From Camelus dromedarius (lineage: Eukaryota), in NCBI RefSeq assembly GCF_036321535.1, contig NC_087452.1:6076001-6140000 (forward strand): a stretch of 64,000 bases of DNA. The letters are read 5' to 3'. The notes beneath the pieces are model-generated. The model made no database searches. It saw only the letters and a list, made by a program, of their open reading frames with translations, and had not been told where the DNA came from. This document shows positions 1-11,529 of the stretch, in pieces (position 1 is the stretch's first letter; each line of letters starts with the position of its first letter). Position numbers and translations under genes: made by a program.

Positions 1-650
1 GTTGCCTAGCTTTCAGGGCCCAGCTCCTGGGTGTGGCTGGTGGCCACCAGTTCAGCCCTTGTCCCCAGCCAGTTCTGGGTGGCCATCTTCAGGCAGAGCT
101 CAGGAAGCTGGCAGAGGGTCCCCACCGCTTCTACTGGGCCCAAGGAAATAAGAGGACGAGGGAGAGGAACTGGAGTCTGAAACCTCCCTCCCTCCCCACC
201 TGGGGTGGCTCCAGGGAGGAAAAGTAGTCGCCTTCTGGCTCCAGGCCCGCCCAGACCCACAGCGACNNNNNNNNNNNNNNNNNNNNNNNNNNNNNNNNNN
301 NNNNNNNNNNNNNNNNNNNNNNNNNNNNNNNNNNNNNNNNNNNNNNNNNNNNNNNNNNNNNNNNNNNNNNNNNNNNNNNNNNNNNNNNNNNNNNNNNNNN
401 NNNNNNNNNNNNNNNNNNNNNNNNNNNNNNNNNNNNNNNNNNNNNNNNNNNNNNNNNNNNNNNNNNNNNNNNNNNNNNNNNNNNNNNNNNNNNNNNAAGC
501 ACACCACCCCCCTCCCGCATCTAACACCCACCCCGATTCAGCTCCCCTCCGCTGCCGCCGCTGCTGCCACTCTGGGGAGTAACTCCAGGACGCCTTCGCA
601 GAGACACGGGGGAGGCTGAGGGGGATGGCCACGAGATCCAGCCAGATGGT
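1..650 (-). other. ARPC4: ARPC4 3' UTR / downstream region (partly masked)
   Basis: Follows the TAA stop. The visible start (ACCATCTGGCTGGATCTCGTGGCC) matches the recalled human ARPC4 3' UTR. Confidence 0.75.
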
Positions 651-656
651 TTAAAA
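651..656 (-). CDS. ARPC4: ARPC4 last exon, coding part (Phe + stop)
   Basis: acag|TTT TAA; completes the 168-aa Arp2/3 subunit p20. Confidence 0.93.
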   Translation of the reverse strand, partial: F

Positions 657-2708
657 CTGTCAAGAGAACCAAGAGGCAGTGAATGGTGGTTATTACAGTA
701 TCCCGGCAGGCCTGCTCTGGGGAAGTGGGCTGACTTGAGAGCTGCCACTATAGTCAGATCTCTGAGGGACAGGGCTGGGTCCCAGGACACCCTGTGAACA
801 TGCTCTAATTCAGCCAGCATGCAGCGGTGACCTGTGAGGCACTGGCCCTAAAACCTAGCACTAGACAAGGCAAAAAAACTAAGGGTGATGTGGGCTTGCC
901 ATGCAGGCTGCCAAAAAGCCCTGCCACAGTGCCTTCCTTGGTGAACTGAGGGCGCCTTCTTTAGAGATGAAGGGCTCACATGCAAATGCTTGGGGATTGA
1001 GAGTCAAGGGCAGAGGGACTCAGGTTCTGGTACTTTGTATCAAGCTCTGGGAGGCCCCCAAAAGCGAGACAGGCCCGTGAAGTGCTTTCTGCCCTCAAGC
1101 ATCCCCCATGGTGCCTAGACCAGCCCTGGACATTTTATAAGACAGAGGTTGTGGACCAATGGCGCACGGGCAAAACCCAGCCCAAAGATGAGCACTGTTT
1201 GGCCCACACAGTATTTAAAAGAGTATCAATCAGTTGCCAACCTTGAAAACATAGACAACACTGCATACAGATCCAGACTTTGAGATTCTTTTGGTGAAGA
1301 CACGGAGGGCTGGAGCTGTGTGGTGGTGATTCTCTTCAGGTGAGGCACGTGCTCACCAGGTCCCCACATAGCCTACCTTGCTCGTGTGCATTACCCGCCA
1401 GATCCCGACATGCACCTGAGTGTGACACCCTGGCCAGATGCCAAGGTACTATCTTAGACCTTTGAGTTTGAAAACCTAACTCCAAGTCCTGGTGGCTTCA
1501 CTTACTGGCTGAGGCACTCTGGGCAGGTGACTTAACTTCCAGAGCCCAGTTTACTCATCTGTGCTATGGGAATAAAACCTGATTCAAAGATTGTTTTAGG
1601 GGACCTATGATAAACCATTGTTTAAAATATCTCGGCATCATAGAAGAGAAATATATAAAAATGTTATGTGCTGAGTGTTGACAGGTATTTTCACGTCTGT
1701 TTCTTGGTAAAATTAGGACATTAGAGACAGGTGTACTTCGTACAAATGAATGGAATAAAAAACTGAGAAAAAAAGACTGTTTTAGGTATTGAGATGCGAA
1801 AATGTGCTTTTTTAAGCTGAAATGCAATTATCATAATTGAACAACTGCTGAATGAATGAGGCAAATATCACATTGGGACAGGAATTTAGAGGACTCCCAG
1901 TGCCCCGGTCATTTAACCTTGGTGCTACAATACATGGAAAGCTCACTATGACCCAGGTGATATGCTTTATATACATTTCCTCATTTAACTGCTCAACCAC
2001 ACTGAAAGGTACATATTAACAGTCTCATTTCACAGCCGAGGAAACTGAGGCTTAGTTGAGGGTTTTTGTAACATATCCGTGGAGGCAGTGGAGCTGGACA
2101 CACACATTGGTGGTCTGACTCCACAGTCTGTGTGACCCAAACAAGCGTGCTCCCCTGGGTGCACAGCACAGAGGCTCTGTACACTGGCTGCCCGCAGTAT
2201 AATTAAAGCCCAGGGGAAGCGGGTGTAATTTCCATTTTTAGGAATCTGAGCTTCTTCTGGGCTGGATCCGTCCGCTCCGGTAGGAGTAAACACTAATTCT
2301 ACCATCTAGGGATCACAGTCAACTCTGAGCGGAACATGTCAACAAACCGAAGATTGTTTGGAAAAAGAAAGGAAAAAAAGAAGGCATGTCCTGAACATCT
2401 AAACAAGAACAACTGTGTCATCAGTTCATTAATGTAAACAATTCGTCCTCCTCAGAGGGCTGCAGTCCTCTCCATTAGGAAGGCACAAATAGCTGAAGAG
2501 GGATCTGGAGGGCTTACGACATGAAAAATGATGGAAAACAGGTTGAAGAAATCATGACTGAGAAACAGACGTTGAAGGAAACTATTCAAGTCAGTTTGGG
2601 AAGTGGAATTACATTATGATTAACTGTCCTATATTCCTAGAAAATTCACATGTGGATTTAACTTGCCTCACTCTGGGTTTGAAACAGATACAGGAAAGGA
2701 CTCCATAC

Positions 2709-2859
2709 TTTTTTCCTTTTTTGGGGAGGGGGTAATTAGGTATGTATGTATGTATATATGTATTTATTCATTTATTTATTTATAATGGGGTACTGGGGAT
2801 TGAATCCAGGACCTCATGCATGCTAAGCATGCGCTCTACCACTAAACTATACCCTCTCC
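2709..2859 (-). mobile_element. tRNA-derived SINE, camelid type (Vic-1-like)
   Basis: Minus strand reads GGAGAGGGTATAGTTTAGTGGTAGAGCGCATGCTTAGCATGCATGAGGTCCTGGATTCAATCCCCAGTAC, then a (TAAA)/(TACA) tail; ccatac target-site-like flanks. Confidence 0.8.
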
Positions 2860-3124
2860 ACATCCATACATTTTGAGATGTAGTAATGGGCGATTAAGTC
2901 CCCATAAGCGATTAAGAGAGGCATCTCCCAGATCCCTGAGATGAAAAATGCCCTGCAGCTCTCCTCCTGCCCTAAGGCACCTGGCTGACCCACTGCCCAC
3001 CAAAGGTCCTAAAAGGCCTCAGGAAATATTCACACACACTACTTTCCCACCAGATGCTAACTTCTCAGCACAACCTGTGGGTCTTTCTACTTCTGGAAGG
3101 AAATCAAGAAGGCCCCTCACTTAC

Positions 3125-3295
3125 ATTCTTGAGGAACTCCTCGGCCACGATGCGCGCACGGGCATTGACCGACAACTTCATCTCACTGATCTCCTTGTCA
3201 ATTTCCTCCATGAAATGGATCACAAAGTCCACCAACTTGTGTTTATACATCTGCTCTGTGTGGAAGTTGGTGATCAAAAAACTGATGTCATAGCC
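3125..3295 (-). CDS. ARPC4: ARPC4 exon 5 (GYDISFL...EEFLKN)
   Basis: 171 nt, ag/gt flanks, matches ARPC4 protein. Confidence 0.97.
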
Positions 3296-4253
3296 CTAGG
3301 GAAGGAAGACAGTGGGGAGAAGGGAGAGAAGAAACAGGGGAGAATCAGCATCCGGGGGGCACTTGGCTGGCCATGTTCTCTGTTCTCTCAGTCACGTGCT
3401 TCCGGCTGCCTGTGACCTCCTCCCAAGCTACATGCCCTGCAGTCAGCAGCCCACCTACTCTGGTGGAGTGTCTATGCTGGATCCAAAGGAACTGACCCAA
3501 TTGAGAATTTTGTGTCTATCAGATATCTCTGAAGGCTACCTGTGGCACAAACAGTTACATTCAGAATGAGTCAAGGGAGAGTGAAGGGACCTGAAATCTT
3601 GTTACAGAAAAATCTCATCAAACAACAGGAACATTTAGTCCAGAGATGCTGTGGGAGAAGGATGGGACTGAGGTCTTTAACCATCAGATGGGCTGTGTGG
3701 AAAAGAGCAATTTTTATTTACTGTGGGTGTCCCTGGAGATCAGATCTAGGACCAGGAAAGCTTTTTGCTCAGGATGAGGACAAGCTTGGCTAGCACGTCA
3801 GACGAGCCTGATGATGGGGCCTGCTGCTCTGTGTGGTAGTGGCTCAGCCACGGGGGGTCTTAAGTCAATCTGGCAGGGAGTCTGTGGAGAGGACTCAAGT
3901 ACAAAGTCAGGCAACAACTGACCCAGTGTCAACTGTGGCCTTGAGAGACAATGATTCAGTTGGTGGCAAAGCCTGGATTTCTGATTCATTTTGCCCTTTC
4001 TGCTGCTAGACTGTGGGTTCCGGGAAGGCATCTTCTTTGCCTTTTCCATGGTTGAGGTTGACACAACTGCTCCTAAGTTTATCCCTCTTATTCTCACGCC
4101 AGCCGAAATGGAAGCCAACTCTCAGGTCAGGCCATGGGTGCCCTACAGCTGGGGGAGCAGCAGTCCTGGTTCCAGAAACAATCCCAGGCCAGGGATAGTG
4201 GACTCAGTAGTAGAATCCTGGGTATTATGAACAAATGGATCACACGGTCTCAC

Positions 4254-4349
4254 CTCCACTGGTTTCCTTCGAAGGATAAAGAAGTTCTCCGCTCGCATCA
4301 TCATGAAGCGCATGAACTTGTGGCATAAAATCTTCTCGATCTCATCAGC
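4254..4349 (-). CDS. ARPC4: ARPC4 exon 4 (ADEIEK...RKPVE)
   Basis: 96 nt, ag/gt flanks. Confidence 0.97.
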
Positions 4350-5518
4350 CTGGTGAGAGCAAAGGAGAAAGGTGTTTCCCTAAAGCCAACACTCATGGCA
4401 ACAGAAATCTATAGCCTGGTCTCCTGACTCCAACTTCCCTCAGGTTTGCTGGAGCCAGTGGGGTTTGGTACTGTAAATCATGGGGTAACCGGTTGCCAAC
4501 TGAAAGGAGGGTCTACTACATCAGAGCCCTCCAATTTAATGGGGCATTATCATGATCTTACCTTCACCTATTCCAGAAAGGTAATTTTGGTAAGCCCAGA
4601 TCTTTCACCTGCTCCTTCCAGAGTCCACAACTATATTCAAAACTGCCCTTTCCTTTCTCATTTCACTAGTCCTGCATTTTCCAAAATCTGATACATACTA
4701 TGAAGGCTATCAGAGAAAACCTTAGGTGGTCTCTGCTTGATTGACAATGAACATCAATCCCCAAAGTTTCTCCCTGCTGAATATTTCTGAAGGAAGAATT
4801 TTGCAACAAGGTGCTGGTATGCCCTTAACTGCCCCCAACATTTGTTAATCTCCCCTTTTAACAAAGAGAGCAGGCCCTAGCATTACGGCTTTCTATAGGC
4901 GAAAGTGTCTAGTCTGAACTTAACAACCTTGTTTTGCTTTCATTGTGCTTATTTTTTAGAATTGCCCTCTACTTGTCAAGTCATATTTTTCCATTTATGG
5001 CACAAAATTTCTTTTTCAAACAAATTTAAATAAAATAAATCAATTTAAAGAAACCTATTAAGTAAGAAACTGTCCAGAGGGTACATAAATGTGGCAGAAA
5101 TTATGGGGGCAGTGGGAGGGTCAGACATTTGTGAAACATTGTCTGAGGAAACACAAGAAACTGCACTTTGTTTTTAAGCCTAAATCTTACTTTCGGAGTT
5201 TACAGCTATCAAATTGATACCGGCACTATTTATTTTTCTGAACTGGACTGAAGAATAAGTCCAATTCAGAAAAGAACGTCTCTATGACCTGACAACAAAC
5301 TGGCCCGTAGCCTTGGCTGCTGCATCTCCCACCTCCTAATCCAGAGTAAGGCCTGCGAGACGGGGCTGCTCCCTCTTTATCCTACTGAATTAATGAGTTT
5401 GGCAAATCATTCCCTGGAAACAGAGCCTGGGCTTCTCTGCACCCTGAATCTGGCACGATGATCTCTCGGATGGGGGTCCCTGGCCTCTCAGGGAGGCAGG
5501 GAGCTGCGGTGTGCTCAC

Positions 5519-5630
5519 CTGTTTCACAGCGATGCTGACTCGGACGGAGTTGATGGAGCCTTCAATCAGAACCTTTTCCTTCTCATTCCTGCTGATGGTC
5601 ACGGGTTGTAGCAGGAGCTCTTTGCTACTC
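5519..5630 (-). CDS. ARPC4: ARPC4 exon 3 (SSKELLL...AVKQ)
   Basis: 112 nt, ag/gt flanks, phase consistent. Confidence 0.97.
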
Positions 5631-5794
5631 CTGAGAACACAAAGTCACAGAGGCCTCTGTATTATAAAAGGACAAAACGCTCAGGGAGACCCCATGGCAG
5701 GTCCTAGAATCACTATCTGGGACCACAGAGTCCAAGGAAGAGGAGACTCACAAGCAGGGGTGCTCCAAGGTGGGGGCCAGCGAGAGTGTTCTCC

Positions 5795-6030
5795 GGCAGA
5801 AAGAGCACAGGCTCTGGAGTCGGGGCGAAAGGTTTTGAAATCCAGCCTCCTCTGTTATTTTCCTTGGGCAAGTTACCCTGCTGGAATCTCAATTTCCTCA
5901 TTTGTAAAATGAGCCTGATTCCTATTTCACTGCTGAAGACTGAGAAAGATCAAACAGGGTCAAGTGTCTAATAGCGTGCCTGGCACATTGTAGGAGCTTT
6001 ACAAACTACAGATCTTCTGTTACTAACTAT
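5795..6030 (+). mobile_element. MIR SINE
   Basis: ttgggcaagttaccc...tttcctcatttgtaaaatg core. Confidence 0.75.
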
Positions 6031-6259
6031 AGGCAAACCATTTAGGGAATGAGGAGAGAAACTCAGAGACAAGGACAAGCTAAAATCAAACGGTTTGGCC
6101 TCTGCTAATGATCAATCCAGAATGATTTACTTATTCAGCACTAAGACCCCTCTCAGATCAGTTCCCACTTTGATGCCTCTGGACCCTAGAGATCTATAAT
6201 GGTTGGTAATTGTGGAGGTGGTGTCTGTGAACTGTCAACCTTGAAAAATGTCTAGTGGA

Positions 6260-6516
6260 GGTTGGGGAGGGGGCGGGAAGGGATAAATTGGGAGACTGAG
6301 ATTTGCAGATACTACCTACTATATACAAAATAGATAAACAGCAAGTTTCTACTGTATAGCACAGGGAACTATATTCAATATCTTGCAGTAACTTACGGTT
6401 AAAAAAGAATATGAAAACGAATATATGTATGTCCCTATATGACTAAGGTATTGCTTTGTACACCAGAAATTGACACAACATTGTAAACTGACTATACTTC
6501 AATAAAAATATTTGAA
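6260..6516 (+). mobile_element. 5'-truncated cetartiodactyl L1 3' end with perfect 16-bp TSD
   Basis: L1 3' UTR motif ...caactatacttcaataaaaa; TSD aaaaatgtctagtgga at 6244-6259 and 6517-6532. Confidence 0.85.
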
Positions 6517-7108
6517 AAAAATGTCTAGTGGAAACCAAATAGGTTAAGTAGGACAACATGGCACATCTAATATCTGGTCAGTTTTCTTATATTCAAATCA
6601 TCAACTTAGTGTGGTAACATCACTTATCTCAGTGTGTATGTCCCAGATTAAATTTTACAGGGGAAAAAGAATAATTTATTTACAAAACATTAAGTTAGAT
6701 AAGAGGAAAATAACCCACAGCACAGAACATTTGGAGCAGGGGGATGAGAGTCCAGGTTGTTGGTGGTGGTGGTTGGGGGAATCCTCGAGCTTTCAATTAG
6801 AAAGGAATGGAGATGGTATCTCGGATAACTAAATCCTTGGTCTTCTCTTAAACTGCCAGAGGGCTCAGCAAAGTCACTCCTTGTGTCAAGTAATCTTGGC
6901 TCCAGAGTAGCTTCTCCCCTGGATTTTGTCCTACTAACCCACTGACCCTATTTTCTCAGCTTCAAACTGGGAACCACTGTTCACTTGGCGGCAAGACAAA
7001 ATACTGTAGCTGTCCTGACAACTCCAGGATGGAAGTTCATGGCACCCTCTAGACAACAGCCATCTCTGGGTGCTGCACCCATCACCCCCACCCCTTCTCC
7101 TTCCCTAC

Positions 7109-7227
7109 CTGACTTCCACTTCCGGCTTGTTGTGTCGTTCCACGACCTGGGAAGAGAAATTCTCCAGGCAGAGGGCAGCCTGCAGTGTGGCCCGCACGGC
7201 ACTCAGGTAGGGGCGGAGAGTGGCAGT
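7109..7227 (-). CDS. ARPC4: ARPC4 exon 2 (TATLRPY...EVEVR)
   Basis: 119 nt, ag/gt flanks. Confidence 0.97.
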
Positions 7228-7394
7228 CTGCAGGAAAAACCCCAAGGGAGGATCAGAATCTGTCTCGGCAAACCCTCTGGTCCCCTACTCCAGCTACACA
7301 GGAGCCAGGCAGTACTGTCGATGCCTGACTCTCAGGCACCACAGTGAACAGAACAGAGTAGGCCTTCAAGGTGACTTTCATTCTAAGTCTAGAG

Positions 7395-7566
7395 CAGTGG
7401 TTCTCAACAAGGGACCATTTTGACTGCCAGGGGACATCTGGCAACATTGAGACATTTTTCATTGTCACAACTGGGGGTGGGGGTGCTGCTGGCATTGCGT
7501 AGATATCCTACAATGCACAACTAAGAATTATTCAGCCCCAAACAGTGCTGAGGTTGAGAAACTCTG
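7395..7566 (+). mobile_element. MER20-like hAT-Charlie MITE
   Basis: Terminal inverted repeats CAGTGGTTCTCAAC...GTTGAGAAACTCTG; internal gacatctggcaac. Confidence 0.8.
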
Positions 7567-9217
7567 GTCTCAAGGCACACAGGTGATTGACTGTCCTCAA
7601 TCTGCCTTTTGAGCCAACAAATGTATAAATCTACAGTGTGCCAAGAACTGAGCTAGGTAGGGGCTGGGAATTCAAAGATGATGGGGGCCATCTCTACCCT
7701 TAAACAGCTCAACTGGGTCAGGGAGGCAGAGAAAGTAACTATAATACAAGGAGTGAATTGTGAAGTAGATTTACAAATTATATTTGCAGAAGAAACTGAT
7801 TTTGATTTGGAGATGAAAAAAGATTAGGAGGATTTTACAATAACAAGTAGAAAAAGGACATTTCCAGTGGAGGGAACAGCATCTAGCTACACTGGCCTAT
7901 CTCCAGTTCCTTGTATTAGCCAAGTTCTTTCTCACCTCAAGCCTTCACCTATGCTGAACTATCTATCTGCAGTCCTTTCTCCCCCTTCTCTGTCTAAGTC
8001 ATCTTTTAGAGCTTGGCTTATTCAGGGCAAGCCCCTTCCTTCCTCAGAGAGGCTTTTCTTTACTTCCCTCTTCACAGCATTTATAACTTAAAATGACACC
8101 CCCTTCATATGTCTTTAATAAGGTAATTTCTCCTTCACTAGACAGTAAGCCTCATGGTCAATAGACCATGTCTATCTTATTCAAATCTACAAACTGTGCA
8201 CCTAGTTCAGTCAGTACCTTACATATAGTGTCTTACTAACGAATGAATGATAGAAATAACTTAAGATGAGAATAACAAAAAAGGACATTAAGAGTTCTAG
8301 AAGTAGTAATGAGTACAATGTTCTGTATATTGGAAGCATTTTAGATTCAATGGATGAGGCCGCAATGGTAACTTAAGAGTCATCAGGAATCTCAAATGCC
8401 AGGCTACTGAGTTTAGCTCTTCTTTTAAGGTGGTAAAGAACTGCTAGGGCTTTCTGAGGGGGAAGTTACAGGACTACAGCTGCCTGGCGAATCTGTGGAG
8501 AAGGGACTGGAGAGGGAAGTGAGACAGAAGGCAGAGAGGGTTACTTAAAGAGACTAATGAAAGCTTGGCCTGGGGCAATGGAAGACAAGCAAGACCGTAT
8601 CTGTCAAAATTCACAGATGGCAAACCTGAGAAGCGTGAATTTTAGGTGGCCAGCCCTGTGACGCCTGCCCTTTCACAAAGAGAATAGTACATCCTCATGT
8701 AATACCTCAACAACCTTGATGTTTAAAACACCAAGAGCCATGGCCTCAATTAGAAGAATATCCCAGGATTCCAGCTGAGGTAAAAGGACACAAAGCCAGC
8801 ATTAGGAACACAAGAGGACGAGCAAGTTTAGGGGGAGAAGATGAGTTTTGATCTGGAGATCTAATTTCTAGGTGTCTTTAAGATATCCAGGTGAACCTCC
8901 AGAGAGCTAGGAAGGCTGATTTAGAAATCACCAGAATTCACGTGGTCATGAAGGCCTGTATATTAAATAGCTATCGCCAGGGAGAGTGTAAAGGAAAGGA
9001 AGGTAGTGAGTGAGCCAAAGTCTCAAGAGTCAGGAGCACCCAGTTATCAAATGGGATTTCCAGGAAGGGAGGGATCAGCAGTATCAGAGCTTACGTTCTA
9101 CAGTAAGGCTGATACGGTTGAGTTCTGACCAGGAAAGGGTCTGGGTGGAAGCAGCATAAAAAAAGATCCTTCAGTGGGAAAACAAGGCTGGGCAACATCA
9201 AGAATGGGATAAGGAAG

Positions 9218-9268
9218 TGTGGACGCTTCCCTCAAAGAACTGTGGGCGCTTCCCTCAAAGAACTGTGG
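9218..9268. repeat. Tandem duplication, 23-nt unit, 2.2 copies
   Basis: tgtgg(a/g)cgcttccctcaaagaac twice. Confidence 0.92.
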
Positions 9269-9669
9269 GGTCAAGCGGGCAAGAGAGAACAGGAGAGTGG
9301 ATTTTGTGAAGGTCTACCCTGGGTGGGGAGGTGGCCCTACTACATGCCTCGGCGGCCTTACTACAGGCTGTAAGGCCTACTACGTGCCTTCGAGCCCACT
9401 TCCGGCCTCCTCCGTGCCTCAGTATCCCCGACCCGTTTCAAAAGCCAGACTATGGAGTGGAAAGGCCTGCTTCTTATGAGGGCGGCCCCCCGACCGCCCC
9501 TTCCTCAGTTCGGCCCCCGCCCCACCCTCCTTCTCCCAGCCTCACGGTGCCCCCACAACCCCAGCATCCCTCGGCCAAGGCCTCTCCGCTGCAAAGCCGC
9601 ATCTCCCCCAAACCCAGAGCCTTGAGGCAGAACAGCGGGGGTCCCTGGCCCGGGGCCCGGCTCTCTCAC

Positions 9670-9672
9670 CAT
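9670..9672 (-). CDS. ARPC4: ARPC4 exon 1 coding part (ATG only)
   Basis: gcccgcgATG|gtgaga donor; joins exon 2 in frame. Confidence 0.92.
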
Positions 9673-9921
9673 CGCGGGCGCTGGCTGGGCCGGAAAGCGG
9701 AAGTGCGGAAGTGGCCAGCCCCGCGACGCCTGCCCTTTCGCGAGGAGCGCAGCCGCAGTCTCCGCCCGGGCTCCCGGACGGTACCATCTGTGCTCCGAGC
9801 GGGGGAGGGGGAGGCTAGGAACACCTGACCCCTCGGAAGTTTTTCCGCTAGGACTGTGTTGGTAGTTTTAGACTTCTGAAGTTTAAAATCACTACTCAAG
9901 CTTCTCCCGTTACCCTTGCAG

Positions 9922-10436
9922 CTCTCGCTTGTGACTTTGGCCTTCTTGTCGTCTTTGCTGCCGTCTTCCCTCACAGGCATGCAATGGTGCAGCCCGGCCT
10001 CAGGTTGGGCACCATATTAGGACAAGGCGAGGCGGAGGAGCCTTTCGTTCCTTCCGGTTCTGCGCCCCCATCCTTTCTCCGAGCCCCTCCTACCTGCTGC
10101 CCTCCGGGCTCGGCGGGACTCACTGCCCGACCGCGAACCCGGCCGCCGAGCCCCGCCCCCCGGCGCCCGGACTGTCCCCTAGGGTACGCCCGAGGCATAC
10201 TCTCTCTATCCCACCTTCAGCGGGCTCGCTCTCTGCCCGCACTCTCACCCCCTCCCACCCCCAGCAAGACACAGGGGCTGGCCCTCATTTCTTCCCGCCC
10301 CCGCGTCAACTGCAGGGGGCCCGCCCATAGCCAGTTCCGGGGCGGTTGCTCGCACCGACCGGAACACCCCGCCCCCTCCCGCGGCCGGGGGTCCGTACAA
10401 GGCCGCAAGGAGGAGGTAGAGGGGGTGGGGGCCGCG
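9922..10436 (+). other. TADA3: TADA3 non-coding 5' exon (5' boundary uncertain)
   Basis: Donor gccgcg|gtaagg at 10437; candidate acceptor cttctcccgttacccttgcag ending at 9921. Confidence 0.55.
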
Positions 10437-11322
10437 GTAAGGTGTCCTTAGAAGACGGGGGCCCTGAAGGCGGGACACGGGGCGATCCATGGGTAGGGCC
10501 AGCCATTAACCAGTCCCACTTTTTCTGTGCCAGGCACTGAACTGGGCTCTTGACGGGCATCATCTCTTAATCCTCAGAACATCCCAGGGAGGTAGGTACT
10601 ATTGTTATCCCCAATTAACAGATTCAGACTTCTTATGGGGAAACAGGCTGAGGACTCTTTTGTCCCCATTTTATGGATGGAAAAACCGAGACTCAGAGGA
10701 GAGTTAATTAACATGTTCAGAGCTACATAAGCAGAGAATGCTCAAGCCTGGGCTTGAATTCAGATATATGGCTTACCAGCCCACATTCTTAACTACTATC
10801 AGATGCAAAGAGAAGGGACAAAGGTGGGCAGGAGTGAGACAAGGAGAGACTGGGAGGCACAAAAAATATTAACTTTATAAGGATGGGATGCTTGGAACTC
10901 TGGGGCTTAGCAGAACGCAGGAAGACTGGAACTGAAGGGAAGAGCATCAGGAGGACAGGCATAGTATATCATGGTGGATAGGGGCAAAGACTCAAAACTA
11001 TCTGGATTCACATTGTATCCTGGTAAGCTTGGACATGTACCCACCCTTACAGAGTCTCAGTTTCCTCATCTGTAAAACGGAGATCCCCAAGGTCCCTGCT
11101 CATGTGGTTGGGTGAGGAATTCAATGAGAAGCTAGTAAAATGCATCTAGCTCAGTGCACTGTTGGAGCTGTGCCATCAACCTTGTCAACAGGATACTGAA
11201 GCCTGGCTTTCTCGGTGAGGCTGTCCGTGGATGGAAGGAGCCCTTGGACTTTTCTCATGACACTTTTTCCTCCATCAGTCGTCCTTTCCTCTCCAGCTTC
11301 ACAGGGTCCCCTATCCTGGGCC

Positions 11323-11529
11323 ATGAGTGAGCTGAAGGACTGCCCCTTGCAGTTCCATGACTTCAAGTCTGTGGACCACCTGAAGGTCTGTCCCCGCTAC
11401 ACAGCGGTGCTGGCCCGCTCTGAGGATGATGGCATCGGTATCGAGGAGCTGGACACTCTGCAGCTGGAGCTTGAGACCCTGCTTTCCTCTGCCAGCCGAC
11501 GCCTGCGGGTGCTCGAGGCTGAAACCCAG
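11323..11529 (+). CDS. TADA3: TADA3 first coding exon (MSELKDCP...EAETQ); exon starts at 11297
   Basis: 207 nt, CAG|gt donor, matches TADA3 N-terminus. Confidence 0.97.

Larger units (their letters stand above)
9330..10520. promoter_or_regulatory. CpG island, ARPC4/TADA3 bidirectional promoter
   Basis: High CpG density. ETS/GABP motifs at 9397-9405, 9690-9713 and 10051-10058. Divergent genes on either side. Confidence 0.9.

Noticed and set aside
6-632. 208-aa minus-strand ORF as the TTLL3 N-terminus
   Set aside because: It starts 18 nt after the ARPC4 stop within the ARPC4 3' UTR, is inflated by Ns and shows no recognisable TTLL motif. TTLL3 should lie beyond the left edge.
2785-2859. tRNA gene
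   Set aside because: Degenerate A and B boxes plus a simple-repeat tail and TSD-like flanks indicate a SINE.
3798-4118. 106-aa ORF in ARPC4 intron 4 as a retrocopy or nested gene
   Set aside because: Begins at a non-ATG codon, with no recognisable family, poly(A) tail or TSD.
9218-9268. CRISPR-like direct repeats
   Set aside because: Adjacent copies without spacers, in mammalian DNA.
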